Shown here in pieces: positions 38,248-49,583 of a stretch of 64,000 nucleotides of DNA. A program made the position numbers and the translations under genes. Source of the stretch: Desulfovibrio sp. (GTDB taxonomy: Bacteria > Desulfobacterota > Desulfovibrionia > Desulfovibrionales > Desulfovibrionaceae); assembly GCA_031276485.1 (NCBI GenBank), contig JAISMY010000105.1:11378-75377 (forward strand). Direction: 5' to 3'. Each line of letters begins with the position of its first letter. Position 1 is the stretch's first letter. The notes under the pieces were generated by a model. That model did no database searches. It saw nothing but the letters and a program-made list of their open reading frames with translations, and was not told where the DNA came from.

Positions 38248-40446
38248 ATGATTTCCGCTCGTTGCAGGGCCGTTCTTGCCGCGGCTTCCGCTTCCGTTCC
38301 GGAAGTTGCCGCCGCGCAGGCGAACCGGCCTTTGGACCTGACATCCCTGTACGGCAGGGACGTGCTTGATATGCGCGCCATGCGCAAACTCCTGCCCGGC
38401 GAGGTGTTTGAACAGCTCGACAAAGTCGTCAAGGAGGGCGCGCAACTGCCCGCGGAAATAGCGGGGGTGATTGCCAACGCCATGAAAGACTGGGCCGTTG
38501 CCCGCGGCGCTACCCATTACACCCACTGGTTTCATCCCATGACCGGGTTGACGGCGGAAAAACACGACGCTTTCATGACTCTCGCGCCCGACGGGCAGGT
38601 CCTGAATGAGTTTTCCGGCCGGAATCTGATCAGCGGCGAACCCGACGCCTCGTCGTTCCCCTCGGGCGGTTTGCGGTCTACTTTTGAAGCCCGCGGCTAC
38701 ACGGCCTGGGATCCCACCTCGCCGGTCTTCATTCTGGACGGGCCTGCCGGCGCCACGCTGCATATCCCGACGATATTCTACGCCTATACCGGCGAAGCCC
38801 TGGACCGCAAAATGCCGCTGCTGCGTTCGCTTGCCGCGCTTTCGCGCCATGCTTTGCGCATCCTGCGCCTTTTCGGCAACACCGGCGCCGCGTACGTGCA
38901 GGCCGTTGTCGGGGCGGAACAGGAATTTTTCCTGGTGGACAGGCGACTGGCCGCCTTGCGCCCGGACATCATGCTCTGCGGGCGGACGTTGACGGGCGCA
39001 CTCTCGCCCAAGGGGCAGGAGCTGGAGGACCATTACTTCGGCGCCATGCCTCCCCGCGTCATGGCTTTTATGCAGGATGTGGAAATGCGTCTGGTCGCCC
39101 TCGGCATTCCCTGCCGGACGCGGCACAACGAAGTCGCGCCCGGACAATTCGAAATGGCCCCTCAGCACGAGGAAGCCAACATCGCCGTGGACCACAACAT
39201 GCTGCTCATGAACATGCTGCGCCACACGGCCGCAGCGCACGGCCTTGTCTGTCTGCTGCATGAAAAACCCTTTACCGGCGTCAACGGCAGCGGCAAACAC
39301 AACAACTGGTCCCTGCGCGATTCCGACGGCAACAACCTGCTCAGTCCAGGCTCGACCCCGCATACGAATGCTCAATTCCTCATTTTTCTGGCCGCCGTGC
39401 TGCGGGCCGTACACAAGCATTCCACAGTGCTGCGCCTGGGCGTGCTCGGCGCGGGCAACGACCACCGCCTAGGCGCCGGCGAGGCCCCGCCCTCCGTTTT
39501 TTCCGTATACCTCGGGGAACAGCTTACCGCTGCCGTGGACAGCCTGGCCCGCGGCGCCTCCGGCAAAACCCGGCAGAAAAATACCCTGGAAATAGGGGTG
39601 TCCACACTGCCGCCCCTGCGCCGCGATTATGCCGACCGCAACCGCACCAGTCCTTTCGCCTTTACAGGAAACAAATTTGAATTCCGGGCCGTCGGCGCAT
39701 CGCAGTCCCTTGCTCCGGCCAACATCGCCCTGAACACGGCCGTGGCGGACGCCCTGGACGAAATCGCCACCAGTCTTGAGGCGGGCGTCTGCGAAGGCAC
39801 CGCGCTGAATACGGCCGTACAGGAACAGCTTGCCCTGCTGTTCAGGGAGCACATGCCCGTTGTCTTCAACGGCAACAGCTATGCGCGCGAGTGGAAGGAA
39901 GAGGCCGCCCGGCGCTGCCTGCAGGATATGTCCGGCACTGTTGAAGTCCTTGAACACTACAGCGACCCCCAGGTTATGGACCTGTTCATGCGGCACGGCG
40001 TACTCAGCGAACGCGAACTGCTGGCCCGACAGGAAATACTTCTGGACGGTTATTCCAGAACGGTTTCCGTGGAAGCCGGACTGACCGCCCGCATAGGCCG
40101 GACCTCCATACTGCCGGCTGCGCTGAACGCCCAGTCCAGGGCTGCGGATCTGGCGGCGAAAACAGCCGCCCTCACGGGCCGGCAGGCTGAAGAGCTGCCG
40201 GAATACAGGCACTTTACCGGGATACGCGCTGAGGCCGTGCGCCTGGGCGAAGCGCTGGATGCGCTGGACGCGGCCCGGCGCAGGCTGAACGATGATACAG
40301 AAACGCTGGTGCATGCCCGCACCGCGCGCGATCTGGTCATCCCGGCCATGAACCGCTGCCGGAAACACATTGATACGCTGGAAGGACTGCTTGACGATGC
40401 AGAGTGGCCTCTGCCCACCTACGCGGAACTGCTCTGGGTCCGCTGA
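38248..40446 (+). CDS. glutamine synthetase type III
   Basis: 732 aa; HYTHWFHPMTG, EPDASSFPSGGLRSTFEARGYT, HNEVAPGQFE, NGSGKHNNWS, DRNRTSPFAFTGNKFEFR. Confidence 0.95.
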   Translation: MISARCRAVLAAASASVPEVAAAQANRPLDLTSLYGRDVLDMRAMRKLLPGEVFEQLDKVVKEGAQLPAEIAGVIANAMKDWAVARGATHYTHWFHPMTGLTAEKHDAFMTLAPDGQVLNEFSGRNLISGEPDASSFPSGGLRSTFEARGYTAWDPTSPVFILDGPAGATLHIPTIFYAYTGEALDRKMPLLRSLAALSRHALRILRLFGNTGAAYVQAVVGAEQEFFLVDRRLAALRPDIMLCGRTLTGALSPKGQELEDHYFGAMPPRVMAFMQDVEMRLVALGIPCRTRHNEVAPGQFEMAPQHEEANIAVDHNMLLMNMLRHTAAAHGLVCLLHEKPFTGVNGSGKHNNWSLRDSDGNNLLSPGSTPHTNAQFLIFLAAVLRAVHKHSTVLRLGVLGAGNDHRLGAGEAPPSVFSVYLGEQLTAAVDSLARGASGKTRQKNTLEIGVSTLPPLRRDYADRNRTSPFAFTGNKFEFRAVGASQSLAPANIALNTAVADALDEIATSLEAGVCEGTALNTAVQEQLALLFREHMPVVFNGNSYAREWKEEAARRCLQDMSGTVEVLEHYSDPQVMDLFMRHGVLSERELLARQEILLDGYSRTVSVEAGLTARIGRTSILPAALNAQSRAADLAAKTAALTGRQAEELPEYRHFTGIRAEAVRLGEALDALDAARRRLNDDTETLVHARTARDLVIPAMNRCRKHIDTLEGLLDDAEWPLPTYAELLWVR

Positions 40447-40500
40447 TACAGGGCGCTGAACGATACCCTTTCCATGAAAGCGGCCTGCGGCCGCCGCCGG

Positions 40501-40690
40501 TGTTGCGGAGCATGCAGAAGTGACCCGCCTGAGGGGCTGATGTGCATGTAAAAGTGACCCGCCCCGGACAACGGTTTTGCGAAGGGAAAAAGTCTCCTTC
40601 GGAGGACACCGTGAGATGACGGGAATGGAGACGATCAGGAAAATCCGTTTGGCCTTGAGCAAAGGAATGGGCATCCGGGAACCCGCGCGG
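40501..40690 (+). mobile_element. IS21-family remnant: left end plus first ~25 codons of istA
   Basis: Begins TGT; two sub-terminal repeats GCATG(C/T)A(G/A)AAGTGACCCGCC at 40510 and 40544; ATG 40616 reads MTGMETIRKIRLALSKGMGIRE. Confidence 0.7.
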
Positions 40691-40781
40691 GCCAGGTGCT
40701 GTTCGGCAGGGAATGCGGCGGCGGGCCGTCTTCCGTCATAGCGGCAGGTCCGCAGTGCTGTGCGGCAGCAGGGAGGTCTGT

Positions 40782-41549
40782 ATGTCCGTTTTCGGCGATT
40801 ATTCGCACTATTACAATCTGCTTTACAGCGACAAGGACTACGCGGAGGAAACGCGTTTTATTGCGGAGCTCATGGCCGGACACGGCCTGCGCCCGCGTTC
40901 CCTGCTGGATCTCGGTTGCGGCACCGGGAAACACGCCTGCTGTTTTGCCGATGCGGATATACGCGTTGTCGGTGTCGACAAATCGGAAAGCAAGCTGCGC
41001 ATAGGCCGGAAATCATTGGAACGCGACCCTGTCCTGTCCGCGCCGGTGGATCTGCGGCACGGCGATGCCTGCAACGTGAGGCTGGGAATTGTCTTCGATG
41101 CAGTGACATCCCTGTTCCATGTCATGAGTTACCAGACGAGCGACGAGAGCGCCCAAGCGTTGCTTGCCACAGCGCGGGAACATCTTGCGCCCGGCGGGCT
41201 GTTTTTCTTTGATTTCTGGCACAGCGCAGGCGTTCTGAGCGACCCGCCGGTCGAACGCCTGAAAATCATGGAAGACGAATCCGTGCGCGTGGAACGCAAG
41301 GCGATTCCACGGCTTCGCGTTCCGGACAACATCGTGGAAGTGCGCTATACAATACATCTGCACAATAAGCTGACGGGACAAAACAGCGACTTGGCAGAAC
41401 TCCACGTCATGCGTTATCGCTCCGTACCGGAACTGCGCAGTCTGGCTCGAAGCGCCGGGTTTGTACCCCTTGACTGCGGGGCATGGATGGAACTGTCGCC
41501 GCCCCGCCGTGAAACATGGTATGCTTGGATGCTGCTTCGGCGGGAGTGA
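40782..41549 (+). CDS. class I SAM-dependent methyltransferase
   Basis: RBS GGAGG; YYNLLYSDKDY, LLDLGCGTG, HLAPGGLFFFD. Confidence 0.9.
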   Translation: MSVFGDYSHYYNLLYSDKDYAEETRFIAELMAGHGLRPRSLLDLGCGTGKHACCFADADIRVVGVDKSESKLRIGRKSLERDPVLSAPVDLRHGDACNVRLGIVFDAVTSLFHVMSYQTSDESAQALLATAREHLAPGGLFFFDFWHSAGVLSDPPVERLKIMEDESVRVERKAIPRLRVPDNIVEVRYTIHLHNKLTGQNSDLAELHVMRYRSVPELRSLARSAGFVPLDCGAWMELSPPRRETWYAWMLLRRE

Positions 41550-41768
41550 AAAGGGGTCCTTCAGACTTTCCTGTGGGCCGGCTGAATTGAAGCGCTCATC
41601 ATTTCTCGGGCTTTCTTGCGCGAAAGTCAAGTTATTGTCCAACAAATCCCAAGCATAAAAATCTTGACTCGCGAGGCGGGTCCATACATATAATTCCTGA
41701 AAAAATACAGGAAAATTGACTTGGGGCTATGCGTACGCGTACACTGCGACAATTTACAGAAGTAAGGC

Positions 41769-44342
41769 GTGGATTATCTCCAAATGAGAAGACTGGTGAT
41801 TACCATCGGCATTATCCTGATGCTTAGTATGATGCAGGCGCTATACTTCGTCTTCAATGTCCGCTCACTTGCCTACGACCATATTCTGAGCAATACCACG
41901 GAAAACGCTTCTTTCCTGACGGATTCCATAAGCCGGCAGTTTAAGGCCTGGAACAGCTTGGCGGAGGACACGGCTGTCGGGTTGGTTCCTCTGCTCTCGG
42001 GCAATGCGGTGGACGCCGCGTCGGTTAAAAAATACCTCGTCGCCATGGCGGAAAACAAAGACGATGTCGCGGCGCTTTACGTCGGGAGTACAGTACCGCG
42101 GGCCGCCGCTGCCGGCTATTTGATTGCGGACAATTTTTCACCTGACTCCCTCCCGGATAATCCTGATACCGATCACACCACATGGGAATATTTTATCCGG
42201 GCCATGGAAAAACCGGGAAGCCCCGCATATTACGGGCCGTACTTCGATCTTCTAAGCGGGAAGCTTATGATCTCCCTAGGATATGCGGTGCGTAACACAG
42301 CGGAAAAGGATGGAAAAATTCTCGGCTGCGTGATGATTGACGTCTTTCTTGAACACCTTGTTGATATTATTAATCGGGATACGACAATTGCGTTCCGGAA
42401 CACATACCTTATAACCGGAACCGGTGAATTTGTCAGCGACACAAACGCGGTTCACCGGCAAGGCGCCGATATTACCTATGTCGCCATGAAAGATTTTTTT
42501 ATTGAGAAAAATCTTGAGGCGTACCGCGAAGCGGTGTTGAAGGAGACCGTCTTTTCTCATTTGGGCGAAGATATTTTCATCTATTCAGCCTACATTCCCG
42601 CCGCAGACTGGATACTGGTATCGACCATTCCCACAAAAAGCATCTTTGCGGACGCGAACAGGCGCATCATCCGAAACAGCATTACCTGCGCCCTGACAGT
42701 CATCGTAACTGTCGGTCTGGCGTTTGTCATGATGCGCATTATCAAGCGTGACAGGGCCGATCTGGTAAGAATGAAAGAGTCCGCGGAGGCGGCAAGCCGG
42801 AGCAAAAGCGATTTCCTTGCCCGGATGAGCCATGAGATACGCACACCCCTTAACGCGATCATAGGCATGAGCGAACTCGCCCTGCAGGCCGGGGAGAATC
42901 AGGGCCGGGCCGGCCCGGACCTTCCGGAATGCCTTGCCGTCATCCGGCAATCCGGGTCAAATCTGCTTTCCATCATCAACGACATCCTTGACATTGCGAA
43001 GATCGAGTCGGCGAATTTCCAACTCATGGTCGTCCCCTACCGGTTCTCGTCGCTGCTCAACAATGTCGTCAATGTTATCCGGGTACGCCTTCACGACAAG
43101 CCGGTTCTGTTCCTCGCCGATATTGACGCCCATATCCCCGAGAACCTCAGGGGCGACGAAGTGCGCATCAGGCAAATCCTGTTCAATCTGTTGAGCAATG
43201 CCGTAAAATACACGGATGACGGTTTTATCAGGTTAACGGCGTCATGCTTCGTTACGGGGCCCGACAACGTCACCCTGAAATTTGCCGTCGCCGACAGCGG
43301 CATCGGCATCAGGGAAGAGGACAAGGAGGCGCTTTTCGGCAATTTTACCCGCTTCGACATGGAACGCAACCGGGCCGTTGAGGGTTCCGGCTTGGGGCTG
43401 GCGATTACCAAACTGCTGTGCGACGAAATGGGAGGTACTCTTGCCGTATCAAGCGAGTATGGAAAAGGTTCCGTTTTTACTGTTACCCTGCCTCAGCACT
43501 ATGCCGGGGACGAGGTGGCGGCTGTGGTGGAGAATCCCGACGAAAAGCATGTGGTGTTGTACGATGAGCGCCCCCTGTACGGCGATTCCGTCTGCGCCAC
43601 CCTGAGAAATCTCGGTGTGGCCGTAACCCGGTTGAACAATGCGGAGGATTTTTTGTCGGCTCTGGAAACAGGGAGTTTTTCTTTTGCCTTTGTTTCTCCC
43701 GGTCTTGCGGAACAGGCCCTGGCGTTGGTCCGGGACAAAAAACTGGACACAAGGCTTGTGCTGCCGGCGAATTCCGGGGAGACTTTTTCCTCTCTGTCTA
43801 TTCCCGTACTGCTCATGCCCGCGCACGCCGTCTCAACGGCAAACCTGCTGAACGACGCAAAAACGGAACAGGGAGCGCGGCAAACCCGGGTCAGGTTTAC
43901 CGCGCCCGACGCCCGTGCGCTCATCGTGGATGACCTCATGACCAACCTCATAGTTGCCCAGGGGCTCCTCTCGGCCTACCGTCTGCGGGTTGATATCTGC
44001 GACAGCGGCAGCTCCGCCGTCTCCAAGGTCAAGGACAGGCGCTACGATAGGGTATTTATGGATCACATGATGCCCGGCATGGACGGGGTTGAGACAACGG
44101 CGGCAATCAGGAACATGGAAGGAGAGTATTTCAAACAGCTTCCCATCATTGCCCTTACCGCGAACGCGCTGTCGGGTATGCGTGAAATGTTTTTGTCCAA
44201 GGGGTTTAATGATTATCTTGCCAAGCCGATTGAACTTGCCAAACTGAACGCGCTTATGGAAAAATGGGTGCCGAAGGAAAAACGCCGGATGGTGGAGGAC
44301 ACTGTGACTACCGGCAACGCGTCGGAAGGATCGCATTACTGA
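41769..44342 (+). CDS. Cache-domain hybrid histidine kinase
   Basis: TM-Cache-[28 protein letters not shown], degenerate receiver then VDD..DHMMP..KP. Confidence 0.92.
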   Translation: MDYLQMRRLVITIGIILMLSMMQALYFVFNVRSLAYDHILSNTTENASFLTDSISRQFKAWNSLAEDTAVGLVPLLSGNAVDAASVKKYLVAMAENKDDVAALYVGSTVPRAAAAGYLIADNFSPDSLPDNPDTDHTTWEYFIRAMEKPGSPAYYGPYFDLLSGKLMISLGYAVRNTAEKDGKILGCVMIDVFLEHLVDIINRDTTIAFRNTYLITGTGEFVSDTNAVHRQGADITYVAMKDFFIEKNLEAYREAVLKETVFSHLGEDIFIYSAYIPAADWILVSTIPTKSIFADANRRIIRNSITCALTVIVTVGLAFVMMRIIKRDRADLVRMKESAEAASRSKSDFLARMSHEIRTPLNAIIGMSELALQAGENQGRAGPDLPECLAVIRQSGSNLLSIINDILDIAKIESANFQLMVVPYRFSSLLNNVVNVIRVRLHDKPVLFLADIDAHIPENLRGDEVRIRQILFNLLSNAVKYTDDGFIRLTASCFVTGPDNVTLKFAVADSGIGIREEDKEALFGNFTRFDMERNRAVEGSGLGLAITKLLCDEMGGTLAVSSEYGKGSVFTVTLPQHYAGDEVAAVVENPDEKHVVLYDERPLYGDSVCATLRNLGVAVTRLNNAEDFLSALETGSFSFAFVSPGLAEQALALVRDKKLDTRLVLPANSGETFSSLSIPVLLMPAHAVSTANLLNDAKTEQGARQTRVRFTAPDARALIVDDLMTNLIVAQGLLSAYRLRVDICDSGSSAVSKVKDRRYDRVFMDHMMPGMDGVETTAAIRNMEGEYFKQLPIIALTANALSGMREMFLSKGFNDYLAKPIELAKLNALMEKWVPKEKRRMVEDTVTTGNASEGSHY

Positions 44343-44403
44343 TATTTGTGTTAATCCATACTCGACAAGATGCGGTTTGTTTGACGCTTACGTTTCAAGC
44401 GTT

Positions 44404-44672
44404 AGAGCGTTTCCAAGTTGATTTTTCTCAAGAAATTTTCCAGGGAAACGCTGATTTATTCCTTTGAAAGGCATGAGGATGGATTCTTCGTTGCGTTCAG
44501 AATGACAAAAGCGTGGTCATTCTGAGCCGCAGCGAAGCGAAGGCGAAGAATCCATCTTGATGCCTTTTGCCTTTTCCGCATTTAATCGGCGTTTCTCCGG
44601 AATTCGTTTTACACTCGAAAATGCCGAAGGATGGTTTGAAAGTTGTGGGTACTTTCATATTTGAAATGCTCT
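44404..44672 (+). mobile_element. family A copy (44442-44598) nested in an outer TIR element
   Basis: Inner copy matches 34506-34688 with a shorter middle; outer ends AGAGCGTTTCCAAGTTGA / TCATATTTGAAATGCTCT are imperfect inverted repeats. Confidence 0.75.
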
Positions 44673-44957
44673 GAATGCTATAAAGACGGGCTAATAAAAT
44701 CAAGAAAATAGATCAAAATTGTCGGATTTTGGCCTCGGTTGTAAAATCCGGCCGAACATGTTTCAATCCCAGCGGGTTTTGCCCGCCGGGAAACTCCGTC
44801 CGTACAGCGCCTGCGGATTGCCGGCCTCTTGCGGGCGGTCGTACAGAAACGGTATCCCCGACTTCGCCGGGAACCCGGCCGTATCATCCCTTAAAAGAGA
44901 ACCTGAATCCATTGAACTTCCGGTTCTCTGGAAAATTTTTGCTGAGCGAGTTACGAA

Positions 44958-47900
44958 ATGCTGAAGAATCTGGGTTTGCAGACGAAAATATTTTTCCTGG
45001 TTTCAAGCGTTGTCGTCGTATCCTTTGCGATACTGACGATGATCGTTTCCAACAAAACTTTTGAAATGGCGAAAAAAAACGCCTTCAGTCTGGCGCAGGA
45101 AACGGCCGACAAGTACAAGAATGAAATCAAGGCGGAATTGCAGGGAGCGAGAATAACTTCAGAAACGCTTGCGACGGTCTTTGCGACACTGAAAGGGCAC
45201 GGACTGACCGACAGGACCATGATGAACGATATCCTGCGCAACACACTGGCGAAAAAAGAATACATCACCGCTTTTTGCATCGCTTACGAGCCTGATGCGC
45301 TGGACGGCAGAGACAAACAGTTTGCCGGGAAAAAACCGGAGTACGACGAAACGGGAAGATACGCGCCGTACTGGAATAAACTGGGCGGCAATATCGCTGT
45401 TGAGCCTTTGTACGATATTGATATCGCTGATTGGTACATTGTTCCGAAAACCAAGCTGCATGAATATATTACCGACCCCTACCCTTATGAGGTCCAGGGA
45501 CACCCCGTCATGCTGGCCAGCCTGATCTTTCCGATTGTTTATAAGGAGAAATTTATCGGGATCGTTTCTTCCGATATCGTTCTTGATAAACTGCAGGAAA
45601 TGATTTCAAAGGTGGATCCCTACGACCAGGACGGCTATACGGAAATATTTTCCAATGCGGGCAGCATTGTGGCGCATCCCGATAAAACGCTTTTGGGAAA
45701 AGATTTGCTCGAAGGACTGGCCTATGAGATGCTGACCTCCAATCCTTCCTCGCTTTCCTCGGCTATACGCCGCGCGGATGAATATCTGGCCGAAAAGCGC
45801 GTCACGGACGGCGGGGACACGGCCGGGATCGAAAAATACGAGAACGGCAAACGCTTTGCGGATGCGCTGAAGGAATACGCGACGACGTCCGGCAAACCCC
45901 GACCGGACCTGTCCCTGCTCAACCCGGAGTTGGCCGGGGAACTGCTCAGGGCGGACCCGGCGCGGTTGCGCAGCGCCGAGGAGGCCAAAGCCGCCGTCAG
46001 GAACGGAGAAACCTATATTTCCGCCGGACGGGACTATTATACCGTTTATATTCCGATTCAGTTCAGCAGCGTGACCACCCCCTGGTCCGTGGCGGTCAGC
46101 ATTCCCATGACGACAATTCTCGACAATGCCGCCGGCATCCGCAATTACGTCATTCTGGCGTCCGCCGTCGCGGTATGCGTCATCGCCTTCCTGCTCTATA
46201 TCATCGCCAAAAGCGTCACCCGCCCGATCCTTGAGCTTTCGAATACCGCCAAAGTTCTCGGGGAAGGCAATTTCGACGCGCAGGTGCCGCTGATCAAAAG
46301 CAACGACGAAATCGGCGCCCTGTCCGTGACCTTCAGGTTCATGGCCGAAAAGATCAACAGCCTCATCCGGGAAATGCAGAACTACGCCAAGGCCCTTGAA
46401 GAGAAAAACGTCTATTTGAACAGGCTGAATGAACTGAAAGACGAATTCCTGGCCAATACATCCCACGAATTGAGAACGCCGCTCAACGGGATCATCGGCA
46501 TTGTCGAATCCATGATCGACGGCGCGACCGGACAGTTAAGCAGGGAACAGAAGTACAACCTCGCCGTCGTCGTCAACAGCGGCAAACGGCTTTCCAATAT
46601 GATCAATGACATTTTGGATTTCACCCGGCTGAAAAACAAGGAAATCACCCTGCAGATCAAGGCCGTGGAACTGAAAACGCTGGTCGATACGGTCATCGTG
46701 CTGTTGAAGCCGCTGACCAAAGGGAAAGACCTAGCGCTGGTCAACGGGATTGACGACTCCCTGCCGGCCGTGGACGCCGACGAGAACAGGATTCAGCAGA
46801 TTCTGCACAACCTGATCGGCAACGCGCTCAAGTTTACCGAAAAAGGAACGGTCCGCGTATCGGCCGCGCTTGTGAACGGCATGGCGGCCGTTACCGTGTC
46901 GGATACGGGCATCGGCATCCCCGAGGACAAATTTGAGGCCATCTTTGAATCCTTTGAGCAGGTTGACGGTTCAACGGCCAGGGAATACGGCGGAACGGGC
47001 CTGGGTCTGTCCATCACCAAAAAAATCGTCGAGCTGCACGGCGGAACGATAAGCGTAGCCTCCCGGCCGGCGGAAGGTTCGGAATTTACTTTCACCGTTC
47101 CCCTGTCGGAAGGGAAAAGCGCTGCCGTTGCGGCCCCGGCCCCGGCAACGCTTATCGATGCGGAAGATTTCGCCCCGGACGACAGGGACGAAAGCGAAGC
47201 CTGCGAGGCTCCGGGCTATGGAGAGTACAGGATACTCGTCGTCGACGACGAGCCGGTCAATATCCAGGTCTTGAGCAATCTCCTCTCCATACGCAATTAT
47301 CAGGTGACGAAAGCCTACAACGGGGCTGATGCCCTGGCTCTCATAACAGGAGGAGAACAATTCGACCTTGTCCTTCTGGACGTCATGATGCCAAAAATGT
47401 CCGGCTATGACGTATGCGCCCGCCTGCGGGAGATGTATTCGCTGCACGATTTGCCCGTTCTGATGCTGACGGCGAAAAACCGGATTCAGGATGTCGTCAT
47501 GGGCTTGCGGGCCGGCGCGAACGACTATCTCCCAAAGCCCTTCGACAAGGAAGAACTGCTGGCCAGGGTAAAAACCCTTCTCGAACTGAAGAGCGCGGTG
47601 ACGGCATCCATGGCGGCGACCAAAGTCAAGAACGTCTTCCTGGCCAACATGAGCCATGAGATACGCACGCCGCTGAACGCAGTCATCGGTCTGACCCGCT
47701 TGCTGCTCAAAACGTCCCTGGACGACAGACAGCGGGATTATACGGCCAAAATGGGCGATGCCGCCTCGAATTTGCTTGCCATCGTCAACGATATTCTGGA
47801 CTTTTCCAAGGTCGAGGCCGGCAAAATGGCCTTGGAGCGCACTCCGTTCAACGTGCGCCGCGTTCTTGACGACGTCGCGGCCGGCTTTCAGGAACGGAGC

Positions 47901-48971
47901 GCCGCTGCGGGCGTAGCCTTCATCCTGGACGCGGACCCTTCCATCCCCCCCGTCGTGCTGGGAGATCCTCTGCGGCTGCGCCAGATCTTCATCAATCTGG
48001 TGGACAATGCGTTCAAGTTCACCGAAAAAGGCTCAGTAACCGTGCGCGCGGCCGTCTCCGGCCGCGGCGGCCGGGACGTCGCTCTGGACTTCGCTGTGGA
48101 GGATACGGGGATCGGCATGAACCCGGAACAGGCCGAGAAGATTTTCTCCGCCTTCAGTCAGGCAGACAGTTCCTTCACGCGCAAATACGGCGGCACGGGC
48201 CTCGGTCTGACCATTGCCCGCGAGATGGCGGAACTCATGGGCGGAAAGATCGCCGTCGCCGGCGAGGAGGGCAAAGGCTCGGTCTTCAGCTTTTCCTGCG
48301 TCTTCCCCCTGCCCGAAGAAGAGGAAAAAACGCCGGCTCAGGGAGCTGAAGAAGCCGCGGGCGCGGAAAGCGCGGGAAGTTCGGAAGAAACGGCGGACGC
48401 GGAACGCGCGGGCCGGAAAATGCCGGGAGCCGGGGCGGACGAGGGCGCAGGCGCGGAAAGCGCGGAAGATGAGAACGCCGTATTGCGGGGCATGCGCGTT
48501 TTGCTGGTGGAAGACAACGAGATTAACCTGATGATCGCGGACGAGCTGCTCAGTTCCGTAGACATCGAGGTGACAACGGCTGAAAACGGCGCGGAAGCCT
48601 TGAAACGTCTGGAAGAGACGCCCCGGAACGGGGACCGTCCGCCCTTCGACGTTGTGCTCATGGATCTGCAAATGCCGGTCATGGACGGCTACGAGGCCAC
48701 CCGGCGCATTCTGACCGACGGCAGGTACCCGGACATGCCGATCTTCGCCATGACGGCTCACGCCTACCCGGAAGAAAGGGAACGCGCCCTAGGCATGGGC
48801 ATGAAAGGGCACCTGGCCAAACCCATTGACGTGGACGTACTCTACCGGACGCTGCGGGAGGTCGCCGCCCGCGCCGGCTCCGTCGCGCCAAAATCCCGGC
48901 TGGACGACTACATCAAAAAAAGTGCGAAAACTCTGGACACTACCACTTTGATATTTGAAACGCTGTTATGA
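44958..48971 (+). CDS. dCache hybrid kinase with two transmitter-receiver modules
   Basis: TSHELRTPLN...REC...[10 protein letters not shown]...REC; both ATPase domains have N and G boxes. Confidence 0.93.
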   Translation: MLKNLGLQTKIFFLVSSVVVVSFAILTMIVSNKTFEMAKKNAFSLAQETADKYKNEIKAELQGARITSETLATVFATLKGHGLTDRTMMNDILRNTLAKKEYITAFCIAYEPDALDGRDKQFAGKKPEYDETGRYAPYWNKLGGNIAVEPLYDIDIADWYIVPKTKLHEYITDPYPYEVQGHPVMLASLIFPIVYKEKFIGIVSSDIVLDKLQEMISKVDPYDQDGYTEIFSNAGSIVAHPDKTLLGKDLLEGLAYEMLTSNPSSLSSAIRRADEYLAEKRVTDGGDTAGIEKYENGKRFADALKEYATTSGKPRPDLSLLNPELAGELLRADPARLRSAEEAKAAVRNGETYISAGRDYYTVYIPIQFSSVTTPWSVAVSIPMTTILDNAAGIRNYVILASAVAVCVIAFLLYIIAKSVTRPILELSNTAKVLGEGNFDAQVPLIKSNDEIGALSVTFRFMAEKINSLIREMQNYAKALEEKNVYLNRLNELKDEFLANTSHELRTPLNGIIGIVESMIDGATGQLSREQKYNLAVVVNSGKRLSNMINDILDFTRLKNKEITLQIKAVELKTLVDTVIVLLKPLTKGKDLALVNGIDDSLPAVDADENRIQQILHNLIGNALKFTEKGTVRVSAALVNGMAAVTVSDTGIGIPEDKFEAIFESFEQVDGSTAREYGGTGLGLSITKKIVELHGGTISVASRPAEGSEFTFTVPLSEGKSAAVAAPAPATLIDAEDFAPDDRDESEACEAPGYGEYRILVVDDEPVNIQVLSNLLSIRNYQVTKAYNGADALALITGGEQFDLVLLDVMMPKMSGYDVCARLREMYSLHDLPVLMLTAKNRIQDVVMGLRAGANDYLPKPFDKEELLARVKTLLELKSAVTASMAATKVKNVFLANMSHEIRTPLNAVIGLTRLLLKTSLDDRQRDYTAKMGDAASNLLAIVNDILDFSKVEAGKMALERTPFNVRRVLDDVAAGFQERSAAAGVAFILDADPSIPPVVLGDPLRLRQIFINLVDNAFKFTEKGSVTVRAAVSGRGGRDVALDFAVEDTGIGMNPEQAEKIFSAFSQADSSFTRKYGGTGLGLTIAREMAELMGGKIAVAGEEGKGSVFSFSCVFPLPEEEEKTPAQGAEEAAGAESAGSSEETADAERAGRKMPGAGADEGAGAESAEDENAVLRGMRVLLVEDNEINLMIADELLSSVDIEVTTAENGAEALKRLEETPRNGDRPPFDVVLMDLQMPVMDGYEATRRILTDGRYPDMPIFAMTAHAYPEERERALGMGMKGHLAKPIDVDVLYRTLREVAARAGSVAPKSRLDDYIKKSAKTLDTTTLIFETLL

Positions 48972-49000
48972 TTGAACCTGTCAATACCCGAAAACCTATG

Positions 49001-49150
49001 AGAGTGTACATCAACGGATAGATTTTTGGCGCAAAAATATTATAAAACCAGCATGTTGCCAGGATGTTTCTCAACACCTCGGCACAGCTCGGAAAAACCT
49101 GTAATTTTGAGATGTTACTATGATTGTACCTATCCATAGATAAAAACTCT
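49001..49150 (+). mobile_element. MITE-like repeat family D, complete copy (150 bp)
   Basis: 21-bp imperfect TIR AGAGTGTACATCAACGGATAG / CTATCCATAGATAAAAACTCT. Confidence 0.75.
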
Positions 49151-49260
49151 CAAAAATCCGATCCGTCCGGCTTCCTACCTTATCGCCTTTCTTCATTTTT
49201 TTCTCTTGATTTGCGGTTCTGATTCCGATCAGGGAATATAATCGGCGAAAAAATCCGCCC

Positions 49261-49294
49261 CTGTGTACCTAAACTGTGTACCACTCTGTGTACC
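49261..49294 (+). repeat. three direct copies of CTGTGTACC
   Basis: ctgtgtacc-taaa-ctgtgtacc-act-ctgtgtacc. Confidence 0.85.
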
Positions 49295-49344
49295 AGACTG
49301 CCGTTTTTTACCAGAAATGCACTGGTAAGAGCTTGAAATACTAC

Positions 49345-49527
49345 GATGGCGTGGGGTTGCAGAATGGCTTTCAGGCCGCCGACAGCTACGAACTCATCAG
49401 TTGGCTGTTCAGCTTCGGCAACGGCGCGGAGCTGCCGGAACCGGAACATTTGCGCTTACAGATCAGGGAAGAGATGGAAGAGATGCGGGGCATGTATGCT
49501 GAAGAAGAAGGGGAAGGCGGGGGGTGA
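49345..49527 (+). pseudogene. C-terminal fragment of a WYL/WCX (PafC-like) regulator
   Basis: ELISWLFSFGNGAELPEPEHLRLQIREEMEEMRGMY matches the WCX tail pattern; no upstream WYL/HTH part. Confidence 0.65.
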
Positions 49528-49583
49528 CTCTGTTGTCCGCAGGACATTGTCGTGAGCTGCGGCGGGAATCCGCATGAGGGACG

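Noticed and set aside
49340-49380. Possible tRNA 3' end (TGGCG...) as an att core
   Set aside because: No T-arm GTTCGA or cloverleaf can be formed; no tRNA called.
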